From Podarcis vaucheri (taxonomy: Eukaryota): a DNA stretch of 64,000 nt. The stretch lies in assembly GCA_965113315.1 (NCBI GenBank), contig OZ220373.1; one strand, given 5' to 3'. Made by a program: the position numbers and the translations under genes. The notes beneath the pieces are model-generated. The model saw nothing but the letters and a program-made list of their open reading frames with translations, was not told the origin of the DNA and ran no database searches. Each line of letters begins with the position of its first letter. Positions within the stretch are counted from its first letter, which is position 1. Shown here one piece after another: positions 14,031-26,074 of this stretch.

Positions 14031-14559
14031 TCTCCCTAACAAGTCTAACTGGCTCTGAAGGGCAGAAAGCACTGCAACAGAACAATAAAAAAGAGACGAT
14101 ATCCCACACGCTAAGCTGCTTAGGATGGAATTGCTTTCTGTGACAGGAGTCTTGTGGGGGAGGGAAGCAGTCTCTCCCATTCTCCCTCTCTTTTTAAAAC
14201 AGAGTAACAGGTGATCTGCTTCCATGTAACAAAACAGCTGGAAATCTGAGCTCTGGATTTAATTTGAATCACATGTGCAAGGAAGGATCATGGCAGTACT
14301 CTTCTCTCCTCACTTTCCTCCAGCCCACCACAAATATCCAGCTCTCCCTTTTTGTATGCTGTTACAGAAGAAACAGCCAAAGCATTCATGTTTTGCTGAA
14401 TTGCCGTACTGCTGGCCATTTTAAAACACGCACACACACACGTGCACACATCACATTCTTTTATCTGCTCTTTTCAGCACCCTTGTTTCCAGGAAGAAGA
14501 TGGTCAAATCAAAATTCTGTGAAGAGGAGGATGGTTTAATTTTTAATTTGCACAGAAGG

Positions 14560-15565
14560 CTCTGGCTCAGCCTAGATGATGCCTTCCTACGGCAGATTAC
14601 CAAATATTAAAAAAGGAGAGATATAGTAGTTATGGGAGGCTTCAACTACCCCAATATCTGTTGGAACTCAAACTGTGCCAAAAATGTAAATCCCAGCAAA
14701 TTCCTCCAGCGCCTCAGCGACAATTTCATTTCCCAGAAAGTGGAAGAAGCAACAAGAAGGTCATCTATCTTGGACCTGACCCTCACCAAAAGGGGGCAAC
14801 TGATTGATGAAATAAAGGTAAAAGGTAAGATTAAGGCCAGTCAAGGTTAGGTCCAGTCAAAGGCAACTATGGGGTTGTGGTGCTCATCTCACTTTCAGGT
14901 CGAGGGAGCCGGCGTTTGTCCACAAACAGCTGTCTGAGTCATGTGGCCAGCATGACTAAACTGCTTCTGGTGCAACAGAACACCATGACAGAAACCAGAG
15001 TGCATAGAAACACTGTTTTCCTTCCCATTGCAGCAGTAGCTATTTATCTACTTGCACTGGCGTGCTTTTGTCACCCCATTGCGGGGAGTCAAACCACCGA
15101 CCTTCTGATTGACAAGCCCAAGAGGCTCAGTGGTTTAGACCACAGCACCACCCATGCCCCTCAAGTGGAAGTGGAAGTACTGTGAACCATGGGAGGAAGT
15201 GACTGTGTGCTCTTGGGTTTCATGATACAAAGGTAAGGAAGAGTAATCTGGACTTTAAGAAGGCTGAAGAACTATTCTTCAAAAAGCTGAAGAACTATTG
15301 GGTGAGATCCCATGGTCAGAAATACTCAAAGAGAAGAAAGTGTTCTTAAAGGTTAAATAATGAAGTCCCAAAGGCAGACCATTCCAACAAGTGGGGGGCA
15401 TCTAAAGAAACTGTTGTGGTTGCATAAGAAACTTACAGATGAACTGAGATTTTAGAAAGCCATGTACAAGAAATGGAAAAGATGGGAAATCACAAAGGAA
15501 GCAAAAACATAAGTAGCCAACAGTTGCAGAGAGAAGGTCAGGCAGACCAAAGCTGAGAATGACCA
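14560..15565 (+). mobile_element. Degenerate CR1 LINE ORF2 (endonuclease end/linker) split by a Sauria SINE
   Basis: MGGFNYPNICW...FISQKVEEATR...ILDLTLT, a typical CR1 AP-endonuclease motif; continues GGSD after the SINE. Confidence 0.82.
14815..15160 (-). mobile_element. Sauria SINE inserted in a CR1 fragment
   Basis: AAAGGTAAAAGGT tail and internal CATGTGGCCAGCATGACTAAAC block. Confidence 0.8.
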
Positions 15566-18500
15566 GTAATGTCTGCATATCCCAAGACTGTATCTTTGCA
15601 GTGATGACAGGTTCTGGGGTAAATCCATGGCAAGCTCAATTAAATTCAGCCTAGACAAGAACTGAGCATGTAGGAACAAGTGCAATGTGGCCTTGGAGAG
15701 TCCAGTTCCTATCCTGACAACACTCATTCTCTTATGTAGGTTCCATTTCCCATGCTGCCTTTCTCTTCTTCTACTCCACCAAATCACCTTTCATTTTAAA
15801 CACAGAAGAGCAGGATACCCAAGCCAGCCTCCTAAAATAGTGCCTGGTGTGGTAAAGCAAGAATGGAGAACCAGCAGCCTTCCAAATGATGCTGAACAGC
15901 AACTCCCATCATCCCTAACCATTGATCATGCTAGCTGGGGCTGATGGAGTCCAACAATATCTGGAGGCCCACAGGTTTTCCCATCCCTGTGGTAAAGCTA
16001 CTTTATCCACTTCAGATTACAGATGTGGAAACTGCTCAGCTTAACTGCTTCCCATTTTGCTTAAGAAAAAGATACTCCGCCATTCCTACGAAGTTCAAGG
16101 TGGTTTAAGAGGACCAATAAAATGACAAATATCTAAAAAGCAATGCAGCAGCAACTAAAGCACCACCATAGACAAGTTCCCCAGATCATGTTTGATGGTT
16201 TTAAAAGCTTCTCAGAGGTCCAGGAATCAGTAGGCTTCATCACCCCACTGTCCTCCCAGTGGGAGCCATCTATCAGAGTGACCAACCCAAAGCAGGTTAA
16301 TGCCAAATCAGAAAGTGAAATTGGACTGATGTGGATACAGATAATCAGTGTCTTCTGGGAGGGTCTGAATTATTATAGAACTCCCTGCACTTATGAAACG
16401 TTTTTACTTAGCCTTTCTCCTGACATGTTAGTTTTCTCAGAGGAGGACTGTCTGTGGAGCAGGAGTCAGTCATATGCAGTGCTATTTTTCTAGAAAAAGA
16501 GGTGCCAGAAGTCACCATGAATGCCTCCCTTGTTCTCTTATAATGGCAATGGCACCCACCTGAGAGGTGCTGGAAGTTCCAGCTGAAAAAAGCCCTGGTC
16601 ATGTTTCTCCCAACCTCCAGTTTGTACCAAAACAAAAACAAAAACCCTCAAAGCTCAATATTAGATGTTCAGTCAATACAGATCCAATTTCACCCAAGCC
16701 CCACAAATGATCCGCTTGTACAAATGCCATCTATAACTCACTGCCCTGGCACCAAACGAGACAGGAGGGATGGAATATCCCAACATCTACATCAGGGCAA
16801 TGTTTCAAAAACGTGGCATTCTACTGACATAAAAGGAATGTTAGCATTGGCACAAATAGCTTAGAATCATAACCTTTCAGAGAAGCAACGACGTACAACA
16901 GTCTTGCTTGTGGACAAATGTTCCTTGTGAAAGCTGCAGAAAAGCCAGTTGGACCACCTCCCAAGCCACCACTGTTTGATTTTGAAAGCATGCTTACATC
17001 TTTGCAAGCACTGGCTTTTAAAATAAACTTATAATGCCCATATCTTCTGGCTGCCCAGTTACCTATAGATTAGCAGTTTTTCATCTTTTGCATTTCCAGA
17101 AATCTCTGCCCTTTTGTAGCACACTGTCTGAGCCATCTGGGCTCCCTTGTTAAATTAATTCCTTGTCCTACAGGCACCTTTCATATAGCACACTCTTCTT
17201 GCTTCTGTTTGAGTCATGCCTGTAATCTGGATGATTAGAGGATGCACACTTCCATTATAGAGACTAATCTGTTGTGAACATCTGGGTACAGGAGATCCTG
17301 ATTAACTATAGGGGTTTGAACATCACAGACTCTGTATCTCTCCACATCCCTATAAGTTAAAATTTGCTCAATGCAGGAGGACAGGGGCAGGATGAACAGC
17401 CTGAAATATAAGTAGAACAGCACATACTCTGCATGCATAAAGTACCAAGTTCAGTCCTTGACATCTCCAGGTAGAGATGGGATAAACTCCTGTCTGAAAC
17501 CCTGAAGAGTCATTACTGGTCAGTGTTGGCAAAAACAAAGAAACAAACCACAAGTTGATCCAATGGTCTGATAACTTCCTGTGTGGATCACCAATAAAGA
17601 TTGTGCTCTATCTTGAAGTGTAGTCATTCTCCAGCAGTACAAACAGCGGAAACATATGCTGTACTCCATTTCAGATTGTAAGAAACTTAATTGGTCTACC
17701 AAGCATTGCCAAAGTATAGTGGATGGAAAATGAATTTCCCTAAGTTGCCCACCAGCAACAGGAAGATGCTACTCTATACAATGATCAAGGGGCCACATTA
17801 CATGGTGAATCTGAATCTCCAGGTTCAGTTTTCATCAGGTACAAAGACATTATGAGAACTTAAACCATCTTTGAAATATGCCAGTTAAATTGTATGAATC
17901 ATCCCTCTGTCTCATCCTTTCCCATGTCAAACACCCAACTCTTTAGAGGCTGAGAATCTGTATCTTCCAATGTCAACATCATTTCACCTTACTGTTCAAC
18001 CCTGGGCATGTTTAAATCTACTAAGTGACATGGATCTTATTGGGAGTTACTTCCAAGTAAACATGAAAATAGGTGCAGCCCCAATTTTACACATTTTAGC
18101 AGGACCAGCCCAAGACATTTTGCTGCCTGAGGCAAAGGAAGAGATGATTCCCTTGCACAACATTCAACGTGTAGAAACCAAAGGAACTGGCAGTTGAGTC
18201 TTACTTAAAAATGCCCTTTGTTAATTTAGGGTGCTTCCAGATGGGGACTTCAAACAGTAGATGGGCCACACAGATTCAATTTTCCTGTGGGTGCAATTGG
18301 CACATTAACCTCCACACATTTTTCAGTCTTAATATTAATGGCTATTCCTCCACTTGCCATCCACACAAGTTGACAGAATGTATTCATGATGTGGGAGATT
18401 GAACCTCTCTCCCCTTTTTTCCCCATTCTAGGCATGCACAAACTACAAAGGTGTGCATGCACCTTTTTAAAAATAATAATCATCATCATCATCCCCAGGA

Positions 18501-18979
18501 AGTGTACAAGACAAAATGTTACCAGCATGCTTCACAATAGGCAAAATGGAGGGCTTTGGGGAGGAGGGGGTGATACTGTAGCAAAAATAGATTTATTGCA
18601 TTTCATTGGATTTTATTTCCTTTCCAATCATCCAAGCAGGAAGCATCTTAAACACTAAATGATAGTACTGAAATAATTATTGGTAAGAGATCCAAGGGGA
18701 ACCATGAAATTATAGGCCAGTTAGTTTTCCAGGAAAACAGAAGGGAAAATATAGCACGACCCTCCTTTCTTCCAAGCGGGCTGCTCCCAATTGATCTTGG
18801 CAACTCAACAACTGCGCCACAGGTGGTGCTGTTCTTCAAGCTAGCCAGCAGGTTCTCCGTGAGAGATGTGGATCTGGCCAGCAAACTGCGGACAGAGGGA
18901 ACTCCTTGGTAGGACTGCTATGGTAAATTTATCTTTTTAAACATTTAAACACAGAAGGCTTTTAAACAGACTGAGGCTC

Positions 18980-19348
18980 TGAAATATACTCAGAGTCGCA
19001 AAGTGATTTCATGCTCTTTATTCAGCTCATAGTGGTGAGGAGGAATGAATGAAAGTCCCCTCAAAGTATCTGCTTATATACATTATTTACACAATGGGCT
19101 GCACATGATTGGTTAATTCTGGAATTCTACTGTAAGCCAATCAGGTTGTGGATTCACTTATATCTGGAGCATGATTGGGTGGTTCCTGCCAACCAATCAC
19201 ACTGCTGCATTGTTCTTGGACCAATCAGACTGCTGCATTCTGAATCCTATTGTTCTAGGACCAATCAGACTGCTGCAATTTGGATCCTATTGTTCTAGGA
19301 CCAATCAGACTGCTGCAGTTTGGATCCTAGTCAACTCAGTACATAACA
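18980..19348 (-). mobile_element. Solo LTR with ~40-bp CCAAT-containing tandem repeats in U3
   Basis: Minus strand TGTTATGTACTGAG...TATTTCA; perfect TSD GGCTC; TATATAAG and AATAAA in correct order on minus; repeats of GGACCAATCAGACTGCTGCA at 19212-19330. Confidence 0.88.
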
Positions 19349-19707
19349 GGCTCTTACTCATAAGTAAGAAAGAGATCTTTATTCAGGCAGGTCACAGTAC
19401 AGATTCAGTAGCAGATGCAGAGCTGAGGAATTACAGTTCAGGGTGAAATTATCACATATGTCCCAGTAAGGCCCCCTGACCTTCCTGCCAAGCCATTAAA
19501 GATGAGGCATGGTGTCATCACTCACAAGAGACTCTTGTCCTGGGGGAATGTTGGGATTGCAAACATGCACTATGTCAGGGTGTGTGGGTCTGCTACCATC
19601 AGTGAAGGCAGCGCCTGATTCTGATCAAAGCACTGTGATGGGTAAACTACAGTTCCCAGGATTCTTTGGTGAGAGCCGTGATGGGTATAAATGTGATTTA
19701 AGCATAT

Positions 19708-20057
19708 GGGATGCGGGTGGTGCTGTGGGTTAAACCACAGAGCCAGGGCTTGCTGATCAAAAGGTTGGTGGTTCGAATCCCCACGACGGGGTGAGCTCCT
19801 GTCGCTCAGTCCCTGCTCCTGCCAACCTAGCAGTTGCACATCAAAGTGCAAGTGATAAATAGGTACCACTCTGGCAGGAAGGTAAACGGCGTTTCTGTGC
19901 ACTGCTCTGGTTCACCAGAAGCGGCTTAGTCATGCTGGCCACATGACCCGGAAGCTGTACACCGGCTCCCTCGGCCAATAAAGCGAGATGAGCTCCGCAA
20001 CCCCAGAGTCGGCCACGACTGGACCTAATGGTCAGGGGTCCCTTTACCTTTACCTTT
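19708..20057 (+). mobile_element. Sauria SINE
   Basis: Full head and tail; TSD TTTAAGCATATG; interrupts a MITE. Confidence 0.9.
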
Positions 20058-21230
20058 AAGCATATGGTGTGGATGTAACCTAATACATGTATAGTCAAAC
20101 TGTCCCCATTACCTGGGGATTGTTAAATCACTATCAGTTTGCATCCAGGAAAGCTTTTTTGGTGTGTGGTGGGAAGATTTTTGATTTTTTTCCTCAGTGT
20201 TGCTGGACTACAACTCCCAGCAGCCTCAGCAAGCATGGCCAGTGGCCCGGGAAGATGGACATCTTAGAGTGGCTGGGGCAACCTAGCCCGATGGACAGGG
20301 TATAAATAATAAAGTTGTTGTTAGTTCAGCAATGTCTGGAGAGCCAAAGGTTCCCCACAAAGGCTTTAGGTGTTTTCCAAGAAGCATGGGGCCAGTTAAC
20401 TGTGAACAGGTCACAATCATCTGGGAGTATGTTTAAAAATGTCTCTAGCATAGAGGCATGAAAGACCCTCATGAGGAACCTCCAATCACATAGTTGAGTG
20501 ATTTAGAAGTTTAGAGATGTGTCCCTGATAAGGCTGACATACAGTCATACACACACACACACACACTCCCCCCCAAAAAAACCCCACAATAAATTGGATG
20601 GCAGAGCACATGTTTTGAAGCAACAGTGCTCAATTGTTGGACTGGGAAAGATCTGGTAAGTTGCTGCCAGCCTGAGTGGACAGTACTAGTCTACATGGGC
20701 AAACTCTCTGGCCTAGCATAAGTCAGATTCATACACTGGCTGCTGTGGTGTGCTGCAGACACACATATTGTGGCATGAGCTTTTCTAAACATTTGTAGGG
20801 ACAAATCAGAAATTTGTCTCAGCTGCATTTTAAACCTTATTAATTCACCACCCTGTGACTTATATGCAGATCAGAATGCAGCTATAAATTGGATTACATA
20901 CTTCTCTGAAACTGCATCACAAAATTCAATTACAATGAGAAAGCTTATTTTTAGGAGAATTTTCCATACCTTTTTTTAAAAAACAAACAAACACAATAAA
21001 ATCTAGAGTGGAACAGACCTATGACTGAGCAGATGTGAAACTGAAATAGACAGATCCCTCAGTATCCATCAGATGCTAGCCTTGTATTTCTGCTGAGTTT
21101 GCCATACAAGGTCACAAAATATTCAATGGTAATTAATTTTATGTCCATTTGATACAGCAGGAAGCCAAGACATCAGAGGTTTACACAATTAGCTCACAGA
21201 TCAGCCCAGAATTGGTATGGCACATATTAA

Positions 21231-21594
21231 AGGTAAAGGTAAAGGTACCCCTGCCCGAACGGGCCAGTCTTGACAGACTCTGGGGTTTGTGCGCCCATCT
21301 CACTCAAGAGGCCGGGGGCCAGCGCTGTCCGGAGACACTTCCGGGTCACGTGGCCAGCGTGACAAAGCTGCATCTGGCGAGCCAGCGCAGCATACGGAAC
21401 GCCGTTTACCTTCCCGCTGGTAAGCGGTACCTATTTATCTACTTGCACCCGGGGGTGCTTTCGAACTGCTAGGTTGGCAGGCGCTGGGACCGAGCAGCGG
21501 GAGCGCACCCCGCCGCGGGGATTCGAACTGCCGACCTTTCGATCGGCAAGCCCTAGGCGCTGAGGCTTTAACCCACAGCGCCATCCGCGTCCCC
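21231..21594 (-). mobile_element. Sauria SINE (young)
   Basis: Full length, CpG-rich; perfect 14-bp TSD ATGGCACATATTAA. Confidence 0.92.
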
Positions 21595-21663
21595 ATGGCA
21601 CATATTAAGCATATACAATCCAGCACCACACCGGAATAATTTGAAGTCCACTAATTTCCCCTA

Positions 21664-22028
21664 TGGGACGTGGGTGGCGCTGTGGGAAAAACCTCAGTGC
21701 CTAGGACTTGCCAATTGTATGGTTGGCGGTTCGAATCCCCGCAGCGGGGTGAGCTCCCGTCTTTCGGTCCCAGCTCCTGCCCACCTAACAGTTCGAAAGC
21801 ACCCCTAAGTGCAAGTAGATAAATAGGTACCGCTTTATAGCGGGAAGGTAAACGGCGTTTCCGTGTGCTGCGCTGGTGCTGGCTCGCCAGAGCAGCTTCG
21901 TCACGTTGGCCACGTGACCTGGAAGTGTCTCTGGACAGCGCTGGCCCCCGGCCTCTTAAGTGAGATGGGCGCACAACCCTAGAGTCGGACACGACTGGCC
22001 CGTATGGGCAGAGGTACCTTTACCTTTT
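21664..22028 (+). mobile_element. Sauria SINE (young)
   Basis: Full length; TSD TAATTTCCCCTAT. Confidence 0.92.
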
Positions 22029-22875
22029 TAATTTCCCCTATAAGTTCAAGTTTAAATATTGGATATTCTTCAATACATGACATGCCTGGAAATGTTTCAG
22101 AAATGTTTCCCCAGTGTCTGTAAGCAAAAATTCTACATTAAAGGACTTGAAGCAGAAATGCACTGCTGTTAAATAGCTGTGAAGAAGGCTTAATAATTTA
22201 GCCTGCTGTTTTGCCAGATGCTTGAAGGACATAAAAGATCTTTATGTGATTGCCAGAACTCTTCTCTCCACACACAAAACAGGAGGAAGGAAAGTATGTG
22301 AGGAATCAAGACATGTCATGGCTTGAGCAGCCTTCACCAACCTGATACCATCCTGACGTTTTGGACACAAGTTCCCATAATTCCCAGCCACCATGGCCAG
22401 GGCAGCAGGTTGATGAAGGCTAGAGTAATGTCAAATGCAGAAGAATCTGAATACTACAACAGAAATGCAATGGTGAGTAGGGATTTGCGCTGCGAGCACA
22501 AGGAAGCACCAGAGAGGTTTCCCCCTCCACATGACTAGCAGCCTGGTGCCAAATGCTGGCCGAGGGAGCTCTAATGCTGACGACAGTGAGGATACCAGCT
22601 GTGCTTTACAAGATACGATTTGGGGATTGGACCCACGGATATGGGTTGTTCGTCTTCCAAGCAAGCATCCAGATCTGCCTGCTGTCGGTTCCAAAACAGA
22701 AACACAAAATGCCAACGGAGCATGAACTTTCTCTGTGTGCTTTTTTAATGCTGCTGAGACCACAAGGACAGACTGATGCTGCAAAGGTCCCAGTCCATGG
22801 TGGGTTGGCGGTGCTAGCACATACAAGGGATGGATGTAAACTGAGAGCCAGCTGTTTTTTGCAGCTGAAGAATTA

Positions 22876-23382
22876 CCATATTTTTCCATGTATAACACGC
22901 CCTCATGTATAAGACGACCCCTATTTTTTGAGACCGCAACAAAAAAAATGGGGGGGGGGATTGCCCAAAGTTGTTCAGCTTTTTTTGGGGGGTGGAGATT
23001 GCCCAGAATTGTTGAGCCTTTGGGGGGGGCACTGCCGCCAATTGCTCTACAGCCTGCCCACCACTGCAAATCGCAGGCATCGCCGCAGCCACCAATCATC
23101 TGCACGTTCGCCATCAAAAGTCCACCTGCCCACTCGCCGCAACCACAGCCGATTGCACGCATGCCTCGCCGCTGCCATAAATCGATATCCATTTGCCGCA
23201 GCCAATCAGCAGTAGGCCTTGCCGCAGCAACCAATCATACGCCCGATCGCCGTTGCCAATCTCCTGCTGGCTGCTGCTACCCATCTCCCATCCCCCCTCT
23301 GCTATCCATGTATAAGACGACCCATAATTTTTGCCTATTATTTCTATGGAAAAAATATCGTCTTATACACGGGAAAATACAG
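22876..23382. mobile_element. Tc2/pogo-like MITE with internal CGCCGCAGCCAATCA-like tandem repeats
   Basis: TA|CCATATTTTTCCATGTATAA...TTATACACGGGAAAATACAG|TA; a related family spans 58271-58893. Confidence 0.75.
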
Positions 23383-25833
23383 TACCCTTGCACATTGAGG
23401 TGGAATCAGAATTGCAACTGTGGTTCTGCACTGCATCTCATCCGGGGTTTTTATCACAAAGGTGACTTCGCAGGGTCCCCGCTACAAGGCAAAAGTTGGA
23501 CAGCATTACAGAGATGGGACGGGCATCCTTACAGTACAATCTTAACTATGCTCTTTTTTCCCCAGTGGTCCTTATGTCCTAAAAAGTTTAGGTGGTTTAA
23601 AGCACTCCCTGCACACCTTCAACATGGTTGAAGCTTCTCTTCAATCACTTCCTGAAGTGTTTCCCCTTCTGCCAGACCCCCCTGCCCCCCCTCCTCAATT
23701 ACTTGTGCCATTATTTTTACTGGCCTTGCTCCTATGCTTTAAACAGCAGCCTGTCCAATGGTTAGCAATGCAGCTGGAGCTTTTTCCACTACTTATTTCC
23801 ATGCTAGGAAAAGCTATACATGCTTATTTTCTGTGTGGCAGGCTGCTGTTAAAAGGTAATTGAGCAGGGCTATAAAAATAACAACACAGCAGCGACTGCT
23901 CTGGTTAGAAACAAAGCAGCATCTGCCAGTAGCCTAAAGATTAACTGGGCAATTGCAGCATGAGAAGCACCTACCTTGTTATGCGCACTTTCAGGAATGA
24001 AAGCCCTTTTCTCCACTAAGCTTCCTTTTACACCTGCTGTTTGCATACACTCTGACATCCCCAAAACCTCTGAGCCCTATTGGCACAAAGCACAGAGCCC
24101 CCATGGTATGGTTTTCACTAGCCTTGCCCTTCTAGGGCGGCCACTTGTGCATCACCCCCAACCCCCAAAAGAGGACACATGAGCAAACCGTTTTCACTAA
24201 GCCAGATATTGTTGGACTCCCAACATCACATCGACACATAGAACTGTAGAGTTGGAAGGGACCCTCTGAGGATCATCTATCCAACCCCCTGCAAGGCAGG
24301 AATAGGCAGCTGTTTCACACAGCGATCAAACCTGCAACCTTGGCATTATCATCAGCATGCTCTAACCAACTGAGCTCTCCAGGCAGCCTGAACCCGATCA
24401 AGGATGATGGGAGTCCAACATCTGAACAAGTCCCCCAGCCTGGCATAAGCTAATAGAGTATCTGGATAGATTAAAAACAAATAAGAAAAAGGCTATAATT
24501 TAAACCTAAATATATATCTCAGCATAGCAGAGAAGACTGCAACCAGGTTACCTTTGCACCTGCTTGGTCTGATGCCCAGGAATCAGCAACTAGAAGACCT
24601 TTGCTCTTCCTTATCTTTCAACTTATGACTGGACAGGCCTTCAAACACATAACTATTTCATTTAGAGGACTGTCCTCTGTAAAGCAGGGCACATCACCAC
24701 CCTATTTACATCTGGAAGTTTTCCCTCTGGTCTGCCACAAAGCCCTGCCCCTTGAACAAGCCAGCTCCCACTCAGATTGGCTGTTAAAGCCTCGTGAGCG
24801 TTCCCCAGTCTTGGCATGACTAGAAAGGAGGGGGGAAACCTTTCCCACCTGCTCCAAAACCAGGAAGGAGCCAAGCACCCACTACACCTGCCTTGCTACA
24901 ATTGCCACCCCCAACAATACCACAAGGACAGGTATTCATTTCACTAAAGTTGACTTATGCTTTTGCACAGTAACGCTGTTTGCTAACCATCTTGACCACT
25001 GTCAAATTATCAAACAGGCTAACCAAGGTCAGGCCTACTGGAATTGGCACAATATGGCGCCCGCCAACCCCAAAATTTCCTGGTATAAGGGCCCTTCTCA
25101 GGAGCGCAGGCCCTCTTCAATCTATGACACTGGTTTGGGATCATGTCAGTGCTGAAGTAAAAGAACCGATATTGTGTTACTGTTATTGTAATTGAGCTCC
25201 TGTATTGCAACATACAAGATCCACGTCTCTGGGGAGACTGACATGTGTATAAGTACTATTTGGAAGCATTGGCGACTTCAGTTGTTTACAGAACTTAAAA
25301 AACGGTCAAGGCTGAAGTGCATCTAAGAAAGGAGTTTAACTGACACGGAACTAGCCAGCAAAACCAGTTGTGTAAAGTTCAGTAAGCCTGATTTGCCAAG
25401 TGCCCTGGGATTTGCCAAATACAACAGCTTTCACCAATGGGATCGTGGCAATTGAGACGATGCGTAACAGAAAGGGGGGTGGAATACACAAAAGCAAGCG
25501 GAGCTATGCAATTTTTCCATGCTCTCATCCCCCAAGCTCCACAAAGCCTCCCTCACCTAACCAGGTATCATGCAAAACCCGAGCAGAAACCTCGACTATG
25601 TACAGCAGCCTTGATTTCAAGTTTATTAGTCTTCTTGCACTTTTTTTTTTTTACATGAAAGAAGGGCTATTGATGAACTGAGAACAATGCCATACAGAAC
25701 CACAACACATTACTTTATAACCTAGCAAACCAAAACAAAGGCCCAATCTCCGAGCAGTGAGAGATTCCAGGTATGCTTACCCAGAGTTCGGTTTCCTTAG
25801 AATGAAGTTCGTTCTGTTGTGTGTTTAGGATAA

Positions 25834-26074
25834 GGTGGTACCTCGGGTTAAGTACTTAATTTGTTCCGGAGGTCTATACTTAACCTGAAACTGTTCTTAA
25901 CCTGAAGCACCACTTTAGCTAATGGGGCCTCCTGCTGCCGCCGCGCCGCCGGAGCCCGATTTCTGTTCTCATCCTGAAGCAAAGTTCTTAACCTGAAGCA
26001 CTATTTCTAGGTTAGCGGAGTGTGTAAACTGAAGCATATGTAACTTGAGGCGTATGTAACCCGAGGTACCACTG
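25834..26074. mobile_element. Tc1/mariner (Tigger-like) MITE
   Basis: GTGGTACCTCGGGTTA...TAACCCGAGGTACCACTG|TA. Confidence 0.82.

Noticed and set aside
19212-19330. CRISPR-like repeat array
   Set aside because: Units are contiguous tandem copies without unique spacers, lie inside an LTR, and the genome is eukaryotic.
22431-23631. Overlapping 267-aa and 247-aa ORFs
   Set aside because: Both run through a GC-rich tandem-repeat MITE that is poor in stop codons; no protein motif or splice support.
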